Positions 37,916 to 51,860 of a stretch of DNA of 64,000 nt are shown piece after piece. Within the stretch, counting starts at the first letter, position 1. Each line of letters opens with the position of its first letter. The notes beneath the pieces are model-generated. The model saw only the letters and a list, made by a program, of their open reading frames with translations. It was not told the DNA's origin and ran no database searches. This stretch comes from Peribolospora baueri (lineage: Eukaryota): positions 62,001 to 126,000 of the forward strand of contig JAMDHS010000062.1 of the NCBI GenBank assembly GCA_029717555.1. Direction: 5' to 3'. A program made the position numbers and the translations under genes.

Positions 37916-40075
37916 ATGGCCGTGCGTTCGTTCATAAGGCATCATCTAACCTCTTCCTGTCTTCATCTCCACCTCTTCTGGTCAACGACGCGAAATGGTT
38001 TCTGCACAACAGACTTGCGTGTGTTTTCTCTGATGCGGAATATAGTTTTTTTTGAAGCGGGTTGCCGCTGACTATAGTTATATCGTCTCCTCCTTGCTCC
38101 CGTACCCCGCCAGTCGGCTGCCAGCGCCCTGCTCAAGCAAGGCGTGGCGACTTGCCCTGCCAAGAGTACGATTCGCTACATCGCCATGGGTGCGTAGCGC
38201 AGACCATCTTTCTTTTCTCATATGGGCGCGGCGGGGCAGATCGGCCTTCAGTTCGCTGAACGAGGAAGCTTAGACTTGTCGACTTACTTTGTCCGCCTTC
38301 ATGCTCGCTCATCTCCCGTCTCCTTCTCTCTACCCGCGAAGCAGGCACATTCAACACGTTCCATCTCTATCTCCTCTCCTTCAACACGCTCACTCGTACA
38401 CTCTCTATTGCTTCTCGTATTGATGCTCAAGGTCCGCACCAGTACCTGGCCGCCAATGAGGCCAAAGACGTCGTGTATGCTACTACTTGGGCCTGGCCAC
38501 CTAGTCTGAGCGCTTGGAGGGTTGAAGAGACAGAGGCTACAGCAAGGGAGGGCCAAGGTGGTCGGACCCTCAAATTGATTGGAAGGACACCTATCAGTGA
38601 GCTTTGGTTGCTGCTTTCTTATGGCACAAGTGCAAGGGCCGGGAAGCTACATGTCCGGACTCCGCTCCTCTGACTATCTATCACTTCCTCCATGTTATCT
38701 ATCCTTGCGTCCTTTTAGCCGCGACATCCTCCTACGTCTCCGTAACTCCATCCAAATTCACCTCCCAATCCTACCTTCTCTCTGCGGGCGGCCCTTCCGG
38801 TGAGATTCATGCCCTAGACTCGTCGGGTACTTTCAGAGAGAAGATACAGGAGCTCGTCTTTGTAGAGGATTTGGAGGCAGCGGACAAGACCAGGAAGGCT
38901 CTGGTGAGTGAGCTAGCTAGCGGCTCTAGCGGCTCAGACTTGCAAGTTTGTAATGCGAGCTGTGGTGATGGGCGCTCCTTTAGTGTCGGTTTGTGGAGAT
39001 ATTCGTTTTGTTCATATTGCCTGCCTCGCTTTGTTTACACTTGTTCTTACAGCGATACGGCTCGCACGGGGCAGATTTGTCCTCGCGCAACCACGTCTTT
39101 GTGCCTGATCTGTGAGTCATTTTGGCCAGATTGGGCGGAATCGGCAGCTTGATGTTTGACTAGTGAAGCATCGCTGATACGTCTCCTGGTCTATCTGCGG
39201 CGACTTCAGCGGCCGAAACACCATCTGGATGTATCGCATGTCTCCGCAGACTGGCAAGGCCGAGCTCCTCGGCGAGGTACAGAGCCCAAGGGAGAAGGAC
39301 GCGCCGCGACACGTCGTACCCTCCAAAGACGGTCGGTGGCTTTACAGCGTGACTGAGCACAGTGAGTTCGTTATGTCAAAGCACGCGGACTTCTGTCGTC
39401 GTCTATCCCTCTGATCGTGAGGCAATGGGAACGGATGCGTCGATTCGATTCCAACCCACAGGTTCGTATATTGATGTCTTCGAGGTGGGAGAGAAGACTT
39501 TGACCTACCGACAGTCAGGAAGCATTATCCCGGAGGGTGAGTAGATCCCAATGCATCCTCACACTCGGCTCCTGAGGTTCTTGGTTCTCTCTCCTGAACT
39601 CATTCCTGTTCCTGGTTCTGCCTACGCAGATAAAGACCGCCACACCTACCGAGGGGACACGCTGCGCCTCTCTCGCGACGGACGCTTCCTTTTCGCTTCC
39701 ACACGCGGAGGGTCTGCCTCCACAAAAGGATATGTGGCTGCGTGGGCGCTAAAGGATGGCAACGGCGGCGGATTGCTTGCATCAGAGGAGCCGGTGACGA
39801 GGTTCGAGACCCCTACGTCAGGAGGGAAAGCCAACGCTATCGAGCCTGCTTGGTTCGAGGGCGACGGCTTGGATGAGGCGGACGCTCAGGCGGGAGGAGA
39901 AGCGCCCTCGCGGGACGAAGGCGCGAAGAAGGAGGACTATGTGCTCTTGACAGATGACGAAGTCGGCTTTGTCTTCATCCTTGGCTGGGATGCGGAGGAG
40001 GCGAGATTTACAGAGCGCAGTAGACTCAAGCTCGATGAGGGCGCGTTGGCTAGTCACGCTGTTTGGCTTTCCTGA
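37916..40075 (+). CDS. Beta-propeller lactonase / muconate cycloisomerase-like protein
   Basis: IRYIAMG|TFN, GPHQYL, YATTW, SAGGPSGE, DKTRKAL|RYGSHG, PDL|GRN, DAPRH, YRGDTLRLS, FETPTSGGKANAIE, ASHAVWLS. The start is uncertain (ATG 37916 or 37995). Confidence 0.8.
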
Positions 40076-40506
40076 TCGACTTGATGGCGGACGGGCGGAT
40101 GGACGACGTCCCAAGAAAATATGAGAATGAAAGTGGGACAGGATTGGACAAGCGCCTTCCTCTGCCTTGCAAGCAGCGTTGGCTGCAACATTTGACTGCA
40201 ATCAAGCTCGAAAAACTGGCTAGCACGGAAGGCCGTCCATGCCGATCATCATAGGATCATCGTCGGTGCCTAAGATCGAGCGGCAATCTGTGCGAGGGCG
40301 ACGATTGCCGCAGTCATTGACTTGCCTCGGCCGAGGACGACGGAGACTCTTCCGGACCTTCTCAGCAACCGTGCCACCTCCGGTCGTTCAACGCCCGCTT
40401 CCATCTTCATCGCTCCTCCGTCGTCGCTGGTGGACAGAAACGCATCTATCTGCTCGCCCGCTCTCACCTTCGCTTTAGCCACGTCTACCCGTCAGAACCG
40501 GAAAAG

Positions 40507-42988
40507 ATGAATGTCTCTTCCTGTTCTCGCCTTGGCCGGCGGACCCTCCCCCAAATTTCCCTTCGGCTCTGCCGGGCTGGAGTCGCCGCCGGCCCCTCCC
40601 CTCTCGCCACTTTCCGCTTGCTCTCCACCTTTACTGTCTCTCGAACAAGTCCTATCTCTCAACAGCGAAAGCTGAACAAGCAGCCCAGGATGCTTCGCCC
40701 CTTCTACACCTCTCCCGAGTCCACCACGGTCTCTTCGGATCTCCTCTACGGCACCCTCGCCCAGCCGATGCCCAAGCCAGACAACAAGGAAAAGCTGAGG
40801 CAGGTCTCCAGGGATTTCAGAAGTAAGTGCTCGTGCGATGATTTGAGCAATGGTGGAGACAGTTTTGAAACACAACGACCCCGAGATGTCGAAAGAGCGC
40901 CGTCCGGAAAGACACTGTATTGGGACATCATTGAGTCTCGGTCTCTGGGCGAGCTGCTGACACCGCACTTTGCCTGTGCGCCAGGCGACACTCTTACCAT
41001 TCCCACCGAGGAGATGTTCGATCTTATGAAGAACGCTAGTCGTGGCGATGACGTGTATCTGGTGAGCACCGCGTCATTTCCTTATGACCGCTCAAGCCCT
41101 GATTTCTGATTGCTTCTGTGCGTTGCATGCATATGGTCAACGATCTCTGTAGGAGGATGAAACGACCATTGCGTTGCAGGATCGCATCGCTGCGCTTGCT
41201 GGCAAGGAGGCCGGTTTGTTCTGCCCCACCGGTACCATGACGAACCAGGTGAGAGCTCTGATCGCATTCCGTCTGCACTTTCGACCGTCTATTCATATGT
41301 GCCGACGCCTTGCCGTCTATTTTCTCCCACTATCTGCACGTGTTGCAGCTTGCCCTCCGCACCCACCTTCAGCAGCCCCCTCATTCGGTCCTCTGTGACT
41401 ACCGCTCTCATATTCATCGCTACGAGGCCGGAGGCATCGCCTTCCACTCTCAGGCGGCGACCAACATCGTCGTTCCTGCTAACAAGCACCATCTCACTCT
41501 CGAGGAGGACATTCTTCCCAATCTCGTTCTCGGCTCGGACATCCACACTGCGCCGACCAAGGTCATCAGTCTGGAGAACACCCTCAACGGCATGGTCTTT
41601 CCGCAGGATGAGATCGTCAAGATTGGCCAGGCCGCCAGAAAGCACAACATCATCATGCACTGTGACGGCGGTGAGCGAGACGCTCTGTTCATCTGCGCGG
41701 AGTAAACGGCATTTTTCCCGCTCTCGATCCAGGGCTCATTATTTTTCAATGCGTTCGCGCGTTCTTCCTCTCTCTAGCTCGCATGTGGAACGTCGTTGTC
41801 AAGACGGGCAAATCTCTCAAAGAGCTTTGCGAGCCTTTCGACACCGTCAGGTGGGTATTTAAAATCTCGCGCATCCACTCAACTTCGAAGAAGCCCTGCT
41901 TTGACGGCTCCTCCGTGGCTCCTTGCATTTCTTTTGCTACATCCAGCTTGTGCATGTCCAAAGGTCTTGGAGCTCCTATCGGCAGGTCAGTACACGATCA
42001 CTAGACTCCATATCGTCCTCGTTGTCCCTCTCCGCTGATCTCGAGCGTCCCTCTTGTCCCCTAATCTCGTTCCCCCACCATACTGGCAGCGTGATCGTCG
42101 GTCCCCGTGCCCATATCGAAAAGGCGCGTTGGTTCCGCAAGATGTTTGGTGGCGGTGTGAGGCAGTCCGGAGGTCTCGCGGCAGCAGCGATGCACGCTTT
42201 GGAAGTCAACCTGCCGAAGCTGGAGAGGACGCACCAGTTGGCTACCAAGCTTCACCAGGCGCTGGAGAAGCTCGGTGTGGAGATCATAACCCCTGCTGAG
42301 ACTAGCATGGTGAGCTAGCGTGATAAGGCCAGTCTTTCACCCTGGTCGGCGGGCTGAGCTTTTTGCCTCTTTGTCCTGGCCCTCTCTCATCCGGATGTTG
42401 TTACCCGCCCTCCATAGCTCTTTATCGAGTAGGTGGCATTTCATTTTCTGAGAGGATCTCCATCCCTCCTCTTCTTTCGGCCAAACAGCTCACACACCTG
42501 TTTCACTCCTTCCCCAACATCTAGTCCCGCGCCCATCGGCATTGACATCTGGACTCTCGTTGCACGTGCCGCCGCTCTGCCTAACCCGATCCGTCTGGGC
42601 GGGCCGCGATTGGTGATGCACTACCAAGTGGACGAGACGGCAGTGGACGAGCTGGTCGACCTGGTGCGGACCATCAAAAAGGAGAAGGAGGCCGACGGAT
42701 GGGTATTCAATGCCGACGCGAACAAAGGCAAAAAGAGGACGCTTGAGAAGCTTTATGAGGGCATGAGGGGAGTGAACGTCACGGTGAGTCGGCTGTCTTC
42801 CTTCCCTCTTTCGCCATCCTCGGCGGTATCGAGTCCATAAAGAACAAGGGGGTTGTGGTCTTAACTGACAGGCGCCTAATTTCTCTCTCTCTCCCCCTCT
42901 CTCTCTCTCGCGTCTTCTGCTCGCTATGCTGCAGGAGGAGGAAGCCAAGCCTGACGAGGAACCTAAGCAGGCTTCCGCCGCCAACTAA
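40507..42988 (+). CDS. GLY1: Low-specificity L-threonine aldolase (PLP)
   Basis: [76 protein letters not shown]. 11-nt micro-exon at 42418-42428. Confidence 0.95.
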
Positions 42989-43910
42989 ACGAAGATACGG
43001 GCCCCTTCGGTCGGCATACGTACGCGGATTCAATCAACGTGATGCGGCTTTCCGTTTTCCTTGGACGCGCTTTCTTGACTATAGAGCGAGAGTTGGACCC
43101 GATGGGCACCAGCGTCACGGTTATGTTCCAATTCCACGCTCACAGGGCGGGCAGATCCACTGTTCTTCCTCTGCATAGATGATCGACACGCTGAGGAAAT
43201 TGACATTCGTATCTACCGAGTATGAAGCGGTTCTGCGGTCCTTTGGATCCTCATGTAAAACTTCGAAAAAAAAAAAGAGAGAGACCTGGCGTAGTGCTTT
43301 GGGCAGATGCGGCCTGAAGTGTGACGCTCTTCATGGGAGCTTTGAGAATGAGAGCTCTTGAATGACGGATGTACATTGCCCATCGGAGAGCCCACTCTCT
43401 CCTCTACCCCACCAGCAGGCGCGCCGAAAGGCGATGACGACATGATGGATCCATGATGAAAAAAGTCCCTATGTTCGTCAGTGTACGTTTCGATTAGGAT
43501 GATTCTCGCGGCGTGCCGGCCTCTTTTGTCCGCGCATTTAACGCCTATAGCGCCCTAAGCAGATCCGCCCATCGCTCGTGGACGCCTCCAGCAAGTCTTG
43601 CGGTCGGTAGGAAGCCCAACAGGCGCAGCGAAAGCGACTGCTTGACAGTCTGCCATATTTCGTCCGAGCCATTGTGGTCGATTTTGGCAAACTACTGTTG
43701 ATACTCTGTAAGTACAGTACACTAAGATACTCGAAATCGACGGGATGCGAGAAATGACTGACTGGGACGCCAGAAACACAGACGAGCAGATGCGACAATG
43801 TATGACCGATCCTTGACGGAGAGAAGTGGTGTCATCCTTCCTGCCTTCCACCGAACGAAAGCACACCGTCTCCCTGATTCTCCGTCTTCTAACGTCACGA
43901 CCATCCCTCC

Positions 43911-46077
43911 CTATCCCTGCCTCGCTTGCTTTTGTGACCCAGGGCCGCCGTCCCCACCTGCTATGCTCGTAAAGTCGGTCGGCCTAGCGCGCTTCAAGTT
44001 GCCTCGCTTTCGAGGGTTGACGGGCAAGCGCACGTATGGGGAGTCCTCCCCCACGGGGACCTGCGGAGGCGTCCAGTTCGTCCTCCGGTACTCCGGCATC
44101 GGAGGAGGCGCCCCGTTCATCGCGTTCACCGCGTTCATCGCGTTCATCCCCATAGGCATCCCCATGCCCATACCCATCTGCGGCATCGGCATCGGCATCG
44201 GCATCGGCATCGACATCGGCATCGGCATGCCCATCTGCGGCATTTGCATTCCCATCCCCCGGCCCACCTGCTGCATCTGCATCCACAAAGCCTGCACTTG
44301 CATCTGGATCTGCATCTTCATCGGAGGCGGCACGGTAGGGTTCTGAAGAGCCATCATCATCTGCGACATCTGCATCTGCATTTGAGCGACCTGAGGATTG
44401 AAGTTTCCGCCGCCACTGCTGCCTGGTGGTTGAGGTTGTTGCTGCTGCTGCAAGGGCGGTGGCAGTTGCTATAAAATGAATCAGATAGGACCGAGGGTGC
44501 AATTCGGGCGACAGATAAGTCTCTCGATACGCTTGTTACGTCGAAGGTTTACGTGAAGGCATCCATGTGGGCACGTGTACCCACCTCATCAGTCTCATTA
44601 TCCCTCGCTTCTGCTTCGACCTTCTCAGTCTTCTCCTCCGAGCCTTCCTCAATCTCCTTCTCCTTCCCGCTCTCCTTCTCTTTCTCTTTCTCTTTTCCCT
44701 TCTCCTCCTCCTCTTCTGACTCTGCCTCCTCGACTTCCTTGCTCTTCTCAATCTCCCGCTCGATGTATTCCTCGATCCGCTCCCTCTTCTCCTCATCCGG
44801 TATCAGCCTATCTAGCTCCTCAACGCGCTTCTCGCACTCCGGACAGACGAAGTCGTGTTCGAGGAGGTACGTCTGAATGCATTCCTCACAGTACGTCGTA
44901 CCGCAGCATGGCGTCTTGGTCGCTTCGCGCGCTAGCTTTCCGCACAGCGGGCAGGCAAGGTCCGATTCGCTCGGCGCGAGTTGATACACCTCAGCTCGCG
45001 TTAGAGCCTTGGCGGCCGCTGCAGCGCGCGACCTGTTCCTCTCCCACGACGCCGAGTCTGGCTGAGCGATCACATAACTGCCGTCAGGGGTGACCATGAC
45101 GCCAGAGGGAGGTTTCGCTGCATCCGAAGAACCAGAAGAAGGCTGCTCGACCTGCTTGAGGAAACTCCGTGGGATGCCAGTCGTGCGCTTGATCCTCGGC
45201 CGATTATCGAACTCCTCGTTATCGTTGGTCGGGCATTGCTGGATCCAATGGCCCTTTTGGCCACAACGGTAGCAGATGTACCCTGGAGGTGGCGGCCGAT
45301 CGGGCACTGGCGGCCCAGACGGCCCAGGTCTTCGACCCATGTTTCGGGGAGCACCGCCACGAAAGACGGGAGTAACGCTGCAATTCCGGGGGACGTGCAT
45401 TAGCAAAACTAGACGTATCGAATTCCTCCGCATTCACAACTCACTGTGCCATTCTCTCCTGTGTCTGGTTCCACTGATCCGTCGTCGCTTGGAACATGGC
45501 CGCTATCCGAGAAGCCTCGTCGCCACCTGATGCTGTGGAACGCAAAGTCTCTTCGACCGGTGCTTTGGTCGACGCAACCGCTGACGGGGTAGCCACGTAG
45601 CTTTGAGCCATCGGCCTCGAATTGGAGGATGACGCGCTGCCCGTTGCCGGGCTGGCCACCGCTTCTGCCCCGGCCAGTGCAGCAGCAACATAGTTCTGCG
45701 CGGTACCCCGTCCAAAGCCTCTCGCTGGCGGTAATCGACGCACGAGCACCGAGGTGGAGCGGGGTACGACGAAGTTGTCGTCTTTGTACTCTGAAAGGCG
45801 GAAGGAGGGCGGCGGAACTACTCGTAAAACTAGTTTACAGGCATGGCTGATCTGACGTGCAACGTTGACGAACAAACGGAGCGCCAAAGGCATTTCGCTC
45901 ACCTTCTTCGCTGCTGGCATCGTAAATCTTGATGTCAAAGTCAGTTCCCTTCCCCATCTTGTTAGAAAGGATGATCTCTTTCTTGAGATCCCACACAGAG
46001 ATACCGGTGCCATCGAACCTGATGCGCGTGGGCTCCTTCTGTGAGCTGAAGCGATAATAAACTGATGATTGAGCCAT
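43911..46077 (-). CDS. MPE1: Mpe1/RBBP6 (DWNN + zinc knuckle + RING) cleavage/polyadenylation factor
   Basis: SSVYYRFSSQKEPTRIRFDGTGISVWDLK, YICYRCGQKGHWIQQCPTN, RIKRTTGIPRSFL, CPLC...TPCC..TYCEECI...CPEC, DSPYVRLPVNPR. Confidence 0.93.
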
Positions 46078-46238
46078 GATGTGAAGAGAGCGACTAGACC
46101 GACCGTGCGACGGGATGGTATTGTGAGTGGCACGACGGGATGGTGGTCGACATCCAAGCGGGTCAGAGCAGAGGAGGACAGGTGAGACGGCGATTGTGCT
46201 GCGGCAGCCGCAGGAGTTCCACCTCCTGGCGCTCGACC

Positions 46239-47950
46239 ATGGATCACTTTCCGGGACGAATGCTTCTACCGCCACTCGCCGCTGACGATGATGGAAAACG
46301 ATGGCCAACGAGGAACGCCTGCGACGTCACCACGGCTGAGCACGCCGCCGCCGCAACGGTGAGACAAGTCGAGTGGTGGCGAAGAGACGTTGGCGAAGCA
46401 AGCTCATGTTGGTACGCTTCCGGACACCGCCCCGCCTCGCTACGTATTAGCCATCCTCGCGAATTGCCGCTCACTCCAGAGCAGGTTAGGGTCATGGAGG
46501 AGAATCGGTTAAAGGGTAGGTATTCAGCGTGAAGTCTGGTCACCGGGCAGGGGCTTAGGGACTGCCTGTCTACCGTTTGTCTTCCGTCGCTGCAAAGCCA
46601 AAGCTCGCATTCAACATCGAGCGGCCGCGAGCTCGGCCTTCTTTTCGACGAACGTCTTGAACGGCCAAGGCAAGCGACCACTACGAGTAGAGAGCGCGGA
46701 GACCCCATCACCGACAGCTCCCAATGAGCGTCATGTCTCTCACCCTTCCACGGTCCGCGACGCCACCTCGCCTCCGAACCCCCGCATGAGCGCTTCCGTC
46801 GGCGGCGGGCGCTTAGTGAAAACGATAGAAGACCCGAACGCTCCATTGCCTCGTGCTAAAGGTCTAGGTAACTACATCGAGTTTGACCTGAGCAAGTTGC
46901 ACAACTCCAAGGGCGGCTTCCTGATTGATGAGAACGAAGGGAGGGGGAAGGACGTGGACGAGATCAGAAAGGAGAGGGAAAGGGAGCAGCAGAGGATCAG
47001 GGAGTCGCATGAACCTTGTGAGTGGTCGAGGTCGGAAGTGACACTATAACTATAACGAGACGATGTCCCGTCTCACGCTTTCCGCTCACCTCTTCCGCCA
47101 CACAGCCATCACCCTAGACCGGGATCGAAACCCTTTGTGTGAGCACTGCAAGTCTCCGGAGATCGACTTCCAGTTCCACAAGGTGTTCGGCGTGCGCGTG
47201 TGTGCCAAGTGCAGGCATCAGTTCCCCGAGGAATATAGTTTGCTTACCAAGACGGAGTGTAAGGAGGTGAGCGTTTTTGATGAAGTCAAAAAGCAATTTC
47301 CATCGGTTGTGATGAGCCGATGCTGAAGAAACACGACTTGTCCGCTTCTGTCCACCTTTCTGCCAGGACTACTTGTTGACTGATGGTATGTCAAGAACGA
47401 AACCACTGTCATCCATCGGCTCCGGCTTTCCTCTGACCTGTGGGAACTGAAATTGAAATGTTCCCTCCTCCAGCCGAGCTGCGAGACGAAGAGCTCCTCC
47501 CGCACCTTTTGAAGGCGAACCCACACAAGGCGACATGGAACAACATGATGCTTTTCCTTCGCAAACAGGTCGAAGCGTATGCCTTCTCCTCCGCGAAGTG
47601 GGGTTCGGAGGAAGGCTTGGATGCAGAGTTTGCGCGTCGGCAAGAGGAGCAGAAGCGTAAGAGAGGGAAGAAGTTCCAGGATGGCCTGAGGGAGCTGAGG
47701 AGGAGGACGAGGGACAGTGCTTGGCAGCAGAGGAAGGACGCGGAGCATCATCACACGTTCGGGGATGCCGTGTATGTGGGAGAGGACGGCGTTAGCAGAC
47801 AGAAGTGTTTGGGTGAGGGGTGCGAGTTTGAGGTTGAGGTGGTGAGTTATTGCTGTCCCTCTTAGTACATTCTCCACGTATGATGACGCAGCGCAACTGA
47901 CGCTCGCTGCCTTTCGCATCCCGGCCTCCGTCGATCAGGAAACGTTTTGA
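46239..47950 (+). CDS. RAD14: NER damage-recognition protein Rad14/XPA
   Basis: [26 protein letters not shown]4 zinc finger CEHC...[27 protein letters not shown]...[22 protein letters not shown]. The start codon is uncertain. Confidence 0.92.
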
Positions 47951-48567
47951 GACCTTCTTGCTTGTTCTCCGCAAACAAACCTGTATTTTATTTGTATTCC
48001 TAGCGAGGTGTTTTCAACCCCTTCTGACCGTGCAAATGATATGCTTCTACTTTGTCCTTTAGGACCTGCCTCGAATCTTAAGACGGTCAGTGCGACGTAA
48101 CTGGCAATCCTGCTGGGATGGAAGCTGAACCCACGAGTAACAACACTCCCTGCTGTAGACTCGATGGTGGCTCGACGCTCGCCTCAGTTTTGGAAAGGGT
48201 TGATCTGTTCAGCCGTGCTTACCGCCATCCTGCGATACCGCAACAGTAGTTGAAACTGTTGGAAGAAACAGCCGGTCAGAAATACACCTGCGCACAGCAA
48301 ACCCTAGGTGATCTCCTTTATTCTTGACACCGTCGGCCAGACTTCCGATGCGACACTTGTATAAAGCAACACTCATCCTTTGTTCGCCATCTGTCCCATC
48401 TAGACCATATATTACGGTGCGTGCATACACATCCAGGCCGCATCCGGACATGTGCGGAGCATAAATTAAGTGCAATGCGAGCCTACCATGTCGCCTTCCC
48501 ATCCATCCGTCCGATCATTCGTCGACGCGGGATATACCAAGGTGGACAAGTCTCTTTCTCCGCCTGC

Positions 48568-48909
48568 TTATGCTGACCCATCCTGCTCAGCCTCCCCACC
48601 CGTCCGCCTCTCCCATCCCTTCTTCTCAGGAGTGCCCCAAAGTTTCTCTAAAACGCTCTGAAACCCGGCTCTGCCGATCCTGGCGTTGTCTCCAAACCGC
48701 GTCAGGCTCCACTCTTCCAACTTTCGCCCTGCTCCTTTGAGGATACCACCCACGGAGGACGCAATCTCTGCCGTTTGGTGGAACGTCGTCGTCATTGATG
48801 GCGGTAGCGTGTGTATTGATGATGTGGTGGAGGTGGAGGCTTTGACGGACGGGGTGGAAGAGAACGGAGATGCTGCTGATGAGGATGCTGCTGACGAGGA
48901 TGATGATAT

Positions 48910-49002
<93 letters not shown>

Positions 49003-49802
49003 CGACAAGGTGGAGGAGGAAGACGAAGGGGTCCGAGCGAGCGGCGGGAAGGCCGCGGTGGCGCCAGCACCAGTTGTTGCGTCCGACCAATGAAGAGGGG
49101 CGGAGTCGGGAACAGAGGACGGCTTGTAGATGATATGTTCTTTGACGAGAAGGTATTGGGACAGGGAAAGGTTTGTCGACGCCATCTCGATCATTGGCCT
49201 GTGTGGGTCTACGAGAGAGACTTCGCGGACGTAGGTCTCGTTCTGTTGGCCCAAGAGCTGCATTGGGGGGACAGAAGAAAAGTGGTAACAGGAGGCGAGC
49301 CAAAAAGAGGAGGCATTGAGAAGGGGCATTCTCGTCTTTCCAACACTACCCCGCCGTCTTTGTCATCCAAACTAGATCAGAATTTTCCCTTCAGGCCGCG
49401 CTCACCTTAACAGCCCATCTCGGCGCGCTTTGCCTGACGCCTAACAACCTCTCCGTCCTAATTAGTCCCGTCTTGGGGTCCAAGGAACGGTCGAGAACGT
49501 CAACGGAGACGACGTGCTTAGAGTGATCATTCGGGTATTTGTGCCAGACGGCTGTTTGGAAAATGCGTTGTGGGCGAGGGACAAGAAGCCAGGACGAGAG
49601 TGAGCCAATCAATGCAGCGCATTCCGTATAGAAACAGCGCATGCAAGAGCTAGAGCTAGCATACTGGCAGAACTCTCAGCGGGGCCGTTCCTAGCACGGG
49701 CACACTCTGCTCTGTGTCTCCAGGTCGACCTTTGCACCACTTACCGATGGCGGCCTGTTCGAAGGGGAAGTTAAAGGTGGTTTTGGAGGTGAAGATGAGC
49801 AT
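48568..49802 (-). CDS. UPS2: PRELI/MSF1 mitochondrial lipid-transfer protein (Ups2-like) with polySer insert
   Basis: WHKYPN..SKHVVSVDVLDR, TERLLGVRQSAP, TYVREVS, STNLSLS, TTFHQTAEI, RFGDNARIGRAGF. Confidence 0.85.
48911..49000. repeat. Perfect (GAT)30 microsatellite inside the Ups2-like CDS
   Basis: 90 bp of uninterrupted GAT, read as TCA (Ser) on the minus strand. Confidence 0.95.
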
Positions 49803-50354
49803 CTTCCTTATATGCCCTTCACAATGAGCTGCACGAAGAGGCACGGAGAACTATGAGCGTGAGGGAGTGGCGAGGGCGAGGAGGAAACGATTGTGGCGAG
49901 GACGCACAGCCGGAGGGGTGAGCAGCCGAAATGAATAGGGGCGGGCGTCGATGGCGGAGGCGCCCTGAGGTAGCTGAACCGCACGCGCGACAGTTGGACG
50001 GTCAGCGAAGGATATCGGATAGGAAGTGTGTAGGTTAAAGAGGTGCGCTCGAGCGGTTCGTCGCCGTCGCCGTCGTCGCCGCCGTCGCCGTTGGAGCCTT
50101 TTTAGCAACCTTTTTCCTCAACGCCTGGCCCAAGCGAGGATTCAGGAACGGAGATGGGCGGACCTGCCCGGATCTGGGCGAAGGCGCCGGCCCGAGTCCG
50201 ATCACGCTCTTAACCAACATTGTCCGCTCCGTTCACCACCACCCCACATCACAGCAGGCACTCGCTCCGCCTCGGCTCGGGAAAATCCTCCGTCCGCCTC
50301 ATCCACTCATCCACTCATCCTGCCGTGCCGTGCCGGGCACGAGGAAACAGCGCC

Positions 50355-51860
50355 ATGGAAGACAGGAAGGTCGTCCTCATCACAGGTTGCAGCGAAGGCG
50401 GCATAGGCTATCATCTGGCCAAATGCTTTGCAGAGGACTCGGTTCCCCACCGCGTCTTTGCTTCCGCCCGCTCCCTCGACAAGATGCGCACTCTGCCCCC
50501 GAACGTTGAGCGAGTGCGCCTTGACGTGACTGACGAGGAAAGCGTGCAGGAGGCCGTCAAGGAGGTGATCAGGGATGCGGGAAAAATCGGTGAGTCTGGG
50601 AGTACGGAGCGGAAAAGTTATGAGGTAGGAGAGACGTGACTCCCTCTGCTGGGTTCGAGCCCGCTGACAGCGTCTGTTGCTCTTCTTGGTGACCTCTCCC
50701 AAAGACATCGTGAGCACTCCTGATAATCTTTCCACTATTCTGGCTGCGTTCCATATGTACTTTGCTCATGTATTGTTCCATGGCTTTGCTTTAGCTGATC
50801 AACAATGCCGGCGCCAACACAGCGCTCGGACCTACCGTAGAGGTGCCGCTACACCAAATCAAGCGCACTTTTGAGGTCAACGTGCGTACGAAGCCTGACA
50901 TTGCGAGTCTTCTTCTGAGTAGTAATAGGTTCTAAAGCTTATCAACGTTCCTTTATCCATCTCCCTCAGGTCTTCGGCCTCATCCGCGTGACCCAAGCCG
51001 TCGCTGCGCACATGATCCCTCGCCGAGCGGGGACGATCGTGAACGTAGGCTCCACTGCAGGATTACACGGCCTTCCATTTTCCGGGCCCTACTCAGCGTC
51101 CAAATCGGCTGTTCACGTCTTCAGTGACTCTCTGAGGCTCGAGCTTTCCGGATTCGGTATCAACGTTGTCGTTGTAGCGCCTGGAAGAATCAGGAGCAAT
51201 ATTGGCGATACGGGGGAGGCTAACATTGTGTTCCCAGAGAGTGCGTGTGGATGAAGGGAAAGCGTTTGTTTCCTGGACCGAGGCAGTTCTTGATATACCT
51301 GTTGTTCTGAACCGGCGACGCCTTCTATTACTTTGTTTCCGCACACCTACTTCAGAGTCGTTCTACTCAGACGTCCAAGACCTCGTCCTCCGACGCGCTC
51401 AATTCAGTCAAGGCCCAGGATCCCAACCGACCAATGAGTTTGCAGCCTTAGTCAAAGCGGCTGTCGTCAAGAGTCAGCCTCGTGCCTATGTCATTGCGGG
51501 TCCCTCTGCCCTTCTCTCGCTTGTCGGTTATCACATCCCGGTGAGTCTTCGTGAATATAATCGCGTTTCTGTCTCAGAAACGAGAAGAGAAGTGGATCGG
51601 GTCGTAATATGATGCAGAGGAGAGTCTATTCGTCGTCATGTGTGGCCGACAAGTCATACATGCGCGTAGTCGTCGCCTCTTCAAGTCTATATACCTGCCG
51701 TAGAGTTAACGATCACGTATTGACGGACGCGACCCGGTTTTTTCTCCCGCCCTGCGCTCTTTTTTTACGCACGTACGTCCCACTACAGTCTTGGATTAGG
51801 GACATCTTCGTCGGAAGGATGTTCAGCACCTGGCGCATTGGCAGGACACAGGGGCAGTAA
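50355..51860 (+). CDS. Short-chain dehydrogenase, Ayr1-like (1-acyl-DHAP reductase family)
   Basis: VLITGCSEGGIG, LDVT, LINNAG, FEVN|VFG, IVNVGS, YSASK, LRLEL. Confidence 0.88.

Noticed and set aside
43538..43675. Minus-strand MARTK start resembling histone H3
   Set aside because: Similarity ends after 5 residues, with no histone fold.
48626..49133. polyD, polyI, polyH and polyM ORFs
   Set aside because: Alternative readings of the (GAT)30 microsatellite; only the polySer frame joins PRELI motifs.
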